64,000 nt of DNA. Origin: Felis catus. Taxonomy: Eukaryota. The translations under genes were made by a program, and so were the position numbers. The stretch covers positions 39,308,001-39,372,000 of the forward strand of contig NC_058383.1 of the NCBI RefSeq assembly GCF_018350175.1, given 5' to 3'. Shown here in pieces: positions 47,789 to 64,000 of the stretch. The notes beneath the pieces are model-generated. The model saw only the letters and a list, made by a program, of their open reading frames with translations. It searched no databases and was not told the origin of the DNA. Numbering within the stretch: position 1 is the stretch's first letter; each line of letters opens with the position of its first letter.

Positions 47789-50700
47789 CGGGGGGGTGAG
47801 CAGGGCCCCATGTGCTGAGAAGGTGTGAGCGGCTGGCTGTTTCCTCCCCCACGCCCCTGGACGGAGCCCACCCGCCAGGGAGTGTGGGGGCTGTGCTGAG
47901 GCGCCCCACCCGAGGCCCCGGTCCCGAGCCCCTTACACGGGGCTGCACCACAGGGTGTCCCTGGTGCAGGAACGGGGGGATGGTCAGGGAAGCCCATGAC
48001 ACGGACAGCAGCTGGACTCTTCTGGTGGAGACCACGGGAGGAGACCAGGACGCTGACGGAGCTCGCGACGGCGGCGTCGGGGAGCACACAGTGAGGAGCG
48101 GCACCGGTGCCAGGCCGCCCCAGGCCCGGCCACAGGGGGACCGGCGGACGGCAGACCGAGCGGCTGAGGCCTTCGGCTGAGCAGAGAAGGAGACAGCGCA
48201 GCGGCCGGGGTGCACGCACGCCCGGTGGGCGGGCAGGCGAGCGAGCCTGCAGCGGGTGCCTTGTGTCTTCCAGAGCGCCGAGGCCGTCGGCCAGTGGCTC
48301 GCCACGTTCCAGCTGCAACTCTATGCCCCCAATTTCATCAGTGCTGGCTACGACCTGCCCACCATCAGCCGCATGACCCCGGAGGTGGGCTGCCCAAAGG
48401 CTGGCCGCCGGTCACGACCGACATGGCCCCCCCTGCCCCCAGCCTGCTGCTAACGGGCCTCTCCTCTACCTAGGACCTCACGGCCATCGGGGTCACCAAG
48501 CCAGGCCACCGGAAGAAGATCACCGCAGAGATCAGCGGCTTGAGCATTCCCGACTGGCTGCCTGAGCACAAACCCGTAAGGCTCCCTGCACCCCAGCGGC
48601 TGTGCCCAGGATGGTCAGACAGACAGACAGACTGCCTCCCTGGCTACAGCCCTCACCCGCCCTCCGGGGCTCCAGAGAGAGAAAAGAGGATGGCCTCTGT
48701 TTATCTGTCACGGGTGCTGGAGCCAGCCTTCTGGGGGCAGGGGTGACAGCCTCTGGGGTTCGTCAGGGCAAGGGGAGCCTGAAGCCGGGAGGGTGCCCCT
48801 CTCCAGTACGCGCTCCCGCAAAGATCCCTCCACACCCGGGCAGCCACCCGGGCACCCGCCTGGCACCCCGCAGCACTGCCCACCGCATACCCACCCAGAC
48901 GCTAGAGGCCCCCGTGCTGACGGATGCGTGTGCACCCAGACACGTGCGCGGGGAGGGTGTCCGCCTGCTTCGTGTGTACAGACAGCACGCGTGCACCAAA
49001 TATAGCCAAGGCGCCCGCTGACGACTGCGTGCACACACCCACACATCGCACCGCACGCGCTGGCTGTGTGGATGGCGGACGCCCACACAGACCACGGTTC
49101 GTGCCGTGGCTAACCGTCAACCCGTGGTGTGACAGGTTCTGGGCCTGCGCAAGGCGGGCCCCAGGCCTGTGGAATCTACGCTGCCTCTCTGAGCCTCGGG
49201 CTGGGCTTGAGGAGAGATCCCGTGGCCACCCGGAGCCCCTAGGGCTGTGGGTCGGCGACTGGCGGGTTCATGCTCAGCGTGCTCCGTCGGCGGCTCGGGG
49301 GTGCTCCCAACGAACAGGTCCCCATCCCGCGGGCCTGCTTTGCTCTGTGCACCCAGGGGTAACCAAGTGTGCCGCGTGTTGGTGGGCGAGTGACATCCAG
49401 CTGGGAGTGTGCACAGGTGGACGTGGTTCAGGGAGCCACCACGTGCTTCTGGGTAAAGAGCATCACGGGTAGTTCCACGCGTGCGTGACGTGTGCCCAGT
49501 GAGGGTGTGGAAGTGGCGAGAGGGCGTGCGTGTGACGTGGAGAGTGTCGGTGCCCGCGTATGGCTGGGATGCACCGTGTGCGTACACGTGTCCGGTCGGT
49601 GGTGCCGCGTGTCCGTGTCTATGACGTGCAAGGCGTGTCCCCCGGGGTGCCGTCCCCACGGCTGCCTTGGCAGGTGAGGAAGCTCGTTCTTGCCTCCCCC
49701 CCAAACGGTGTCCCGAGGATAGGGTCACCCGTGTGTGTGTGTGTGCGTGTGCTCGCACACGCGTGTGTGCTGCTGGCCTTGGGCTCCTACTGAGGTCGCG
49801 CTGTCTCTGAAGCTGACACCTCTGGCCTGTCTATCCGTCCTTCTGTCTGTCTGTGCCAGGCTGGCCCGGTGCCCCCACCCCCGAAAGCTCGGAGTAGCGA
49901 GCAGGGTGTGGACAGCTAGCTCGGGCTGCCCTCCGTGTCCCCTGCTCCACAGGCGAACCTGGCTGTGTGGCTGTCCATGATCGGCCTGGCCCAGTACTAC
50001 AAAGTGCTGGTGGACAACGGCTATGAGAACATCGACTTCATTACCGACATCACCTGGGAAGACCTACAGGAGATCGGCATCACCAAGCTGGGTGAGGCCC
50101 CCGGCCCCGGGCTCCTCCGCCTTCTGGTCCCTGCCGCCCTCCCTGGCCTGACCTGCCCATGCCCTACCCAGGCCACCAGAAGAAGCTGATGCTGGCAGTG
50201 AGGAAACTGGCGGAGCTGCAGAAGGCAGAGTACGCCAAGTTCGAGGGGGGACCCCTGCGCCGGAAGGCCCCGCAGTCGCTCGAGGTGATGGCCATCGAGT
50301 CACCTCCCCCGCCCGAGCCTGCCCCGGCTGACTGCCAGTCTCCCAAGATGACCACCTTCCAGGACAGCGAGCTCAGTGGTGAGCTGCAGGCTGCGATGAC
50401 TGGCCCGGCCGAGGGGGGCGCCGCCGCCGCCGCCGCCACCGCCACCACTGCCGAGAAGCCCTCCAACCACCTGCCCCCGACGCCGAGGGCCTCCGTGCGG
50501 CAGGAGCCCAGCCTGGGTGGACAGGCGCGGCACATGAGCAGCTCTCAGGAGCTGCTGGGGGACGGGCCCCCTGGGCCCGGCAGCCCCATGTCACGAAGCC
50601 AGGAGTACCTGCTGGACGAAGGGCCAGCCCCTGGCACCCCACCCAAGGAGACCCGGCCCAGCCGCCACGGCCACAGCGTCAAGCGGGCCAGCGTGCCTCC

Positions 50701-53700
50701 GGTGCCTGGCAAGCCGCGGCAGGTCCTTCCGCCAGGTGCCAGCCACTTCACACCTCCCCAAACGCCCACGAAAGCCCAGCCGGGCTCCCCTCAAGCCCTG
50801 GGGGGGCCTCATGGTCCAGCCCCAGCCACAGCCAAGGTGAAGCCCACCCCGCAGCTGCTGCCACCAACAGAACGACCCATGTCACCCCGTTCGCTGCCTC
50901 AGTCACCCACACACCGCGGCTTTGCCTACGTGCTGCCCCAGCCCGTGGAGAGCGACGCAGGGCCGGCCGCTCCCGGGCCCGGGCCCGGGCCCGTGCCCGC
51001 GGCCGCCCCCCCGCCCGTGCCCACACTGTGCCTGCCTCCGGAGGCTGACGCGGAGCCAGGGCGGCCCAAGAAGCGTGCCCACAGCCTGAATCGCTATGCG
51101 GCATCCGACAGCGAGCCAGAGCGGGACGAGCTGCTGGTGCCAGCCGCCGCGGGGCCCTACGCCACCGTCCAGCGGCGCGTGGGCCGTAGCCACTCGGTGC
51201 GAGCGCCCGCCGGAACCGACAAGAACGTCAACCGCAGCCAGTCCTTTGCGGTGCGGCCCCGAAAGAAGGGGCCGCCCCCGCCCCCGCCCAAGCGCTCCAG
51301 CTCAGCCATGGCCAGCGCCAACTTGGCAGATGAGTCGGCACCAGATGCTGAGACGGAAGGGGCTGGGACCGAGGATGGCCGGCTGGGGGTCCGGGCACAG
51401 CGCCGGCGGGCCAGCGACCTGGCTGGCAGCGTGGACACAGGCAGCGCTGGCAGCGTGAAGAGCATCGCAGCCATGCTAGAGCTGTCATCCATTGGGGGTG
51501 GGGGCCGAGCAGCCCGCAGGCCCCCCGAGGGCCACCCCACGCCCCGCCCCGCCAGCCCGGAGCCAGGCCGGGTGGCCACGGTGCTGGCCTCGGTGAAGCA
51601 CAAGGAAGCCATTGGGCCTGACGGCGAGGTGGTGAACAGGCGCCGCACCCTCAGCGGGCCTGTCACGGGACTCCTGGCCACCGCCCGCAGGGCGCCTGGG
51701 GAGTCAGGGGGGCCTGCAGACCACGGCCACTTTGTGGAGGATGGGAGCGCCCGGCAGCGGTCTCGAGGTCCAGCCAAGGGAGAGGCGAGTGGGGAGGGCC
51801 CGCCCCTGGCCAGAGTGGAGGCCAGTGCCACGCTCAAGAGGCGCATCCGAGCCAAGCAGAGCCAGCAGGAGAGCGTCAAGTTCATCCTGACGGAGTCTGA
51901 CACGGTCAAGCGCCGGCCCAAGGCCAAGGAGCGGGAAGCAGGTCCTGAGCCGCCGCCGCCACTGTCTGTGTACCAGAATGGCACGGGCACCGTGCGCCGC
52001 AGGCCGACCTCTGAGCAGACTGGGCCCCCGGAGCTGCCCCCGCCGCCCCCACCTGCAGAACCCCCGCCCTCTGACCTGATGCATCTTCCCCCGCTGCCCC
52101 CGCCTGACACGGATTCCCGGAAGCCAGCCAAGCCGCCTGTCTCTCCCAAGCCCATGCTGGCTCAGCCTGTTCCCAAGATCCAGGGCTCACCCACACCTGC
52201 CTCCAAGAAGGTGCCGCTGCCAGGTCCTGGCAGCCCAGGTAGGTGAAGGGAGCCAGCTGGGGAAGCCCCCCCCCCACCTCCCCACTCCATGGTCTGAGGG
52301 GTTTTCCTCTTGAACTTGAGGAAGGCCAGGTGGAATGGGGTGGGAAGCACAAGGTGAAGACCCTTGTGCTCAGACCTCAGACCCTGTCATCCACCCACCC
52401 ATTGGACAACACTGCCGACCCCAAATTGGGAGGAGGGTGGATGTTCGTCACCTTGCTCAGTGGATGAGGCACAGAAACCCATGGATAACAGCACCTGTTG
52501 GAGGGAAGACAGGTGCACGATGCCGGGTCACGGAGGACTCTGGGAGGCTTGAGAGTGACCAAGCTTGAAAGTCGCCCCAGCACTAGAGAGAGGGGGCAGG
52601 CTTCCAAGCAGAAGGATCAGACATGCGAAGGCCCCGTGGTATTCAAGCAACCCAAGGGCCAGTGTCTGCAGCAGGCCACACCTGAAGGGGGATGGAGGGG
52701 GTAGTGTGCGGACAGAGAAGGGTCTGGAAGCCGGTGACCCGAGCAGATACGCATAGGGAAACGCGCCCCCTGGCGGCTGCAGGGAGCCGGGGCTCCGAGG
52801 GGCAGCGGGGTCCGCAGCGCTGTTCTCGAGGGCGAGGCGGAGCGCTGCGGCAGGGCTCTCCCGCCCCCTGTGCCAATCTCCTCCTCCCCGCAGAGGTGAA
52901 GCGCGCCCACGGCACGCCGCCGCCCGTGTCTCCCAAGCCGCCGCCGCCGCCCACGGCGCCCAAGCCGGCCAAGGCCGCGGCGGGGCTGCAGTCGGGCAGT
53001 GCCAGCCCGTCGCCCGCGCCCTCGCCGGCTCGCCAGCCACCCGCCGCCCTCGCTAAGCCGGCCAGCACGCCGCNNNNNNNNNNNNNNNNNNNNNNNNNNN
53101 NNNNNNNNNNNNNNNNNNNNNNNNNNNNNNNNNNNNNNNNNNNNNNNNNNNNNNNNNNNNNNNNNNNNNNNNNNNNNNNNNNNNNNNNNNNNNNNNNNNN
53201 NNNNNNCGCGCCCGACGGCGCCTCGCCGGGAGACAGCGCCCGGCAGAAGCTGGAGGAGACGAGCGCGTGCCTGGCTGCCGCGCTGCAAGCCGTAGAGGAG
53301 AAGATCCGGCAGGAGGACGCGCAGGGCGCGCGGTAGGTGCGGGGCGGGGTCCGCGCGCGCTCCGAGGCTGCGGCGCTCCAGCTCGAGTCGAGGGAGGGGC
53401 GGGGCGGGGAGGGGCTGCGGGGCGGGGCCCGGGGCGGCGGGGGCGGGGTCGAGTAGGGCTGAGGAGCGGAGGCAGGGGCGGGTCGTGCGGGGCTGCGGAG
53501 CCGGGGGTCGAATCTTGCGGATCGGTGGAGGCGGGGCGGGTCGTGAGGGACAGGGGCGGGGCCCGGGCAGGGTGTCGCGCGCCCGCGCCGCCAGCTCACG
53601 CCGCGCCCGCCCCCAGCCCCTCGTCCGCGGAGGAGAAGAGCACCGGCAGCATACTGGACGACATCGGCAGCATGTTCGACGACCTGGCCGACCAGCTGGA

Positions 53701-53716
53701 CGCCATGCTGGAGTGA
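43605..53716 (+). CDS. CASKIN1: Caskin-1 (ankyrin repeats, SH3, CASK-binding motif, tandem SAM, Pro-rich tail); exons 2-20
   Basis: Exons 43605-43656, 43767-43864, 44073-44218, 44318-44413, 44542-44672, 45109-45217, 45297-45405, 45514-45608, 45772-45889, 46828-46929, 47024-47112, 47189-47273, 47360-47451, 48274-48384, 48474-48575, 49953-50091, 50172-52238, 52894-53332 (gap 53074-53206), 53617-53716; EEIWVLRK motif, ...[12 protein letters not shown]. Confidence 0.96.
46020..46450. mobile_element. L2 LINE 3'-end relic
   Basis: ttcatttatttaatagaca...cactaggaatagacggtga...gctctcgaggagctcac...tgcaaaggcactgaggcag. Confidence 0.6.
47745..47786. repeat. (GT)21 microsatellite in CASKIN1 intron 14
   Basis: Perfect GT run. 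Confidence 0.98.
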
Positions 53717-55049
53717 CGCGGCTGCTCACGTCGGGCCCGCCCGCGCCGCCCGGGGCCCCCGGCCCGCACACTGACCTTTACCTCAGGGTGGGCACCTCTG
53801 GGCGCAGCGCGAGCGGGCAGGGCGGAGGGCCGACGGGGGCCAGGCGGGCAGGGGCGGGCCCGTGCTGCCCATCCCCTGCACAAGCACAACTCCTGCCCCC
53901 TGGGCCCAGGCCGGACGGCCGGCCTGGAGGACTGCCTGGCCAGGGGACCCGAGGGCTCTAAGTAAATGCTGCTGCCCGGCGGGTGCCCGTCCCCGTCTGC
54001 TGCTCCCTGTGCAATAACTGCTGGGCCACACCCGCCCACCCGCGCCGGGCTCTGCCTGCTGCGGGCGAGGAAGGGCAGCCCCTGGCCCCCTGCCCTGAGG
54101 CCAGGCCGGGTCTGCCCTGGGAGGCAGTGGGAGGCGGACGGCCGCTTTGGCCCCCTCCCCGATCTGTGGCAGAGCACAGGCCTATGCCCAGCACAGAACT
54201 GCCCATTGGGGACTTCTGCCAGCCGCTCCAGCGCAGCACAAGGGACTGGGGCTGGGATCACGCCCCCTGCCCCACTGTACCCCCCAGAATANNNNNNNNN
54301 NNNNNNNNNNNNNNNNNNNNNNNNNNNNNNNNNNNNNNNNNNNNNNNNNNNNNNNNNNNNNNNNNNNNNNNNNNNNNNNNNNNNNNNNNNNNNNNNNNNN
54401 NNNNNNNNNNNNNNNNNNNNNNNNNNNNNNNNNNNNNNNNNNAAGTCTAGCTCAAGACAAAAGCTGTTAGAGGCCCTGGCTGTCTGTCTGTCCATCCTTC
54501 CCTCCCTCCGTCTAGGACACCTGGCCCAGTAGCACAAACAGGAGGCTGGGGTCCGGGAGGGTCCGTGCTCCGCTAGGGCCTCCCCTCGCTCTCCTAACTT
54601 CTCTGCGTCTGAAGAACTCGAAGGATGTGCCTTGCTCGCTGCTGGGCTGTGTCCTCCACACCGTGGAGCCGGTGGGGAGGGGCTCCCTGCTCTCCCAGGG
54701 TGCCGGTGTGAGGCGCGCCTGGGCTCCGGGGGAGCCGTGCGTGCAGCGTGGGCACGTCAGCTGGGTGACCTCGGTGGGTGCAGGGCGTGCATGCCAGGCT
54801 GCGTGTGGCGTGTGTCAGGGTGTGCCTGACCCTCCCTCCTCAGGGCTCCTCGCTGGCCCCGTACAGACAGCCTGCCCTCCCCCATCTGAGTTCCCATGGA
54901 CGCTTCTGCTCATGGTCCAAGGCTGTGTCGTGTGGTCGTTCTTGCCCTCTCTCTCTTCTCCTCTCTCTCCCCTTTCCAAAAAGTACTGACTGGCCTCCTC
55001 TATTGTGTTTGCTGATCCACGTGTGTTGGGCACAACTTTGACGTTTCTT

Positions 55050-55074
55050 AAAAAAAAAAAAAAAAAAAAAAAAA
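55050..55074. repeat. A25 homopolymer in the CASKIN1/TRAF7 3'UTR region
   Basis: Direct observation; no SINE head upstream. Confidence 0.95.
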
Positions 55075-55285
55075 GAATTTAAAAACGCCGAAAACCAGCG
55101 GTTGCGAGGCGGGCGGATGGAAGGGGTCAGCCAAGGCGGCATTTGAGCGTGTGGGCCCTTTCCAGCTGTCATGCCCTGATACTTCCCCAGGTGGGTGTGC
55201 CTGGCCTCTCTTCAACGGGCGGCCCAGGCTGGGGCTCCAGCAAGTGGGGAGGGGGGTTCCGGGCAGGGAGCTACTGTCAGCTGTC

Positions 55286-55291
55286 AATAAA
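55286..55291 (+). terminator. Candidate poly(A) signal of CASKIN1
   Basis: First visible AATAAA after the CASKIN1 stop (gap 54292-54442 is unreadable). Confidence 0.55.
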
Positions 55292-55537
55292 CAGCAGAAA
55301 ACAGAGCTGCCTGGCTCACTTCTTGGGGACGTGTGTTGGGGAGAACGGGGGTCTAGCTTGCTCCCGGCAGGAAAGAGAAGTCACCAAGAGGGCCACATCC
55401 TGGAGCTGACAGGAGCCCTTCTGTGGCTCCTCCCCAGCCTCCCTCCCACTGGCCGCTGGTGCCCCAGCAAAACAGCATTCCCGGGTGGCCTGTCACCCCA
55501 AGGACTATCCCCACTCACAGCCACAGTCTGTGCAGCT

Positions 55538-55543
55538 TTTATT
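55538..55543 (-). terminator. Candidate proximal poly(A) signal of TRAF7
   Basis: AATAAA on the minus strand ~350 nt after the stop. Confidence 0.5.
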
Positions 55544-55891
55544 TCAATCAAGAAGTAATCAAATCTATATACAGTCTAAAAACAGTAGAAAAGGTGAGTA
55601 AAAAGGCCCACAGTCCATCTGGGGCAGGGATGGAGGGTGGGCCGGGCGAGCATCGTACCTGGCACCCAGCGGGAGGGGCTGGGCACTGTCTTGGCGGCGA
55701 CGATCACAGGACCAAGCAGAGGGAGGCTCGCCGGGCACAGGGTGGGGAGGGCACTGCCTGGGCAGGTGAACCTGTCGGTCTGTCCCCGCAGGGCAGGCAG
55801 TGAGCACCCCTTGAGACCCCTCATGTGGCCAGCCTGGTTGGGACAAGCCTAGGGGAGGTCCCAGAGGAAGCCAAGACTGGTCTGGATTCCG

Positions 55892-63753
<7,862 letters not shown>

Positions 63754-64000
63754 CTACAAGGTGCCAGCGGTCTGACCCTGGGGCTGCCCTGTGCCCAGCT
63801 GAGGCAAGAGCCCAACATCTGAGTGATTAATCTGGAGGTTGCCTGGCACGAGGTGGGATGTCATCTTACTTGGCCCTCGAGGTAACCCTACCAGTGGGCG
63901 GGTCCTCTGATGTCCTCAGTGCCCAGAGGAGGAGACAGGGACAGAGGCCTGAGGCCCCCGGGCCGGTGTGTGGTGGGGACTGACAGGCAGCCCGCTGTTT

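Noticed and set aside
51157-52155. 332-aa antisense ORF
   Set aside because: Mirror of GC-rich CASKIN1 exon 18; no independent features

Overview
Mammalian (carnivore, most likely felid, from SINEC_Fc-type CAN-SINEs) GC-rich, gene-dense genomic DNA syntenic to human 16p13.3. In order it holds the 3' half of ECI1 (+), DNASE1L2 (-), E4F1 (-), PGP (+), BRICD5 (+), MLST8 (-), CASKIN1 (+, first coding exon hidden in an N gap) and most of TRAF7 (-, 5' exons beyond the window end). I traced the exons by hand; all visible exons join into open frames. Non-coding space is mostly CAN-SINEs, MIR, L1M, L2, MLT1 and hAT MITEs. I found no evidence of a new multi-gene system. The most notable sequence-level items are: the MLST8 poly(A) signal written inside BRICD5 codons; a predicted convertase-released Cys-hairpin peptide at the BRICD5 C-terminus; a stop codon that blocks the human-type retained-intron DNASE1L2 isoform; a U12 intron and a splice-switchable uORF in MLST8; two GC-AG introns and UG-flanked cryptic splice sites in CASKIN1; a tailless U6 retrocopy with target-site duplication; and a probable CASKIN1/TRAF7 3'UTR overlap. 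Comparisons with human proteins and repeat consensuses are from memory and need checking.
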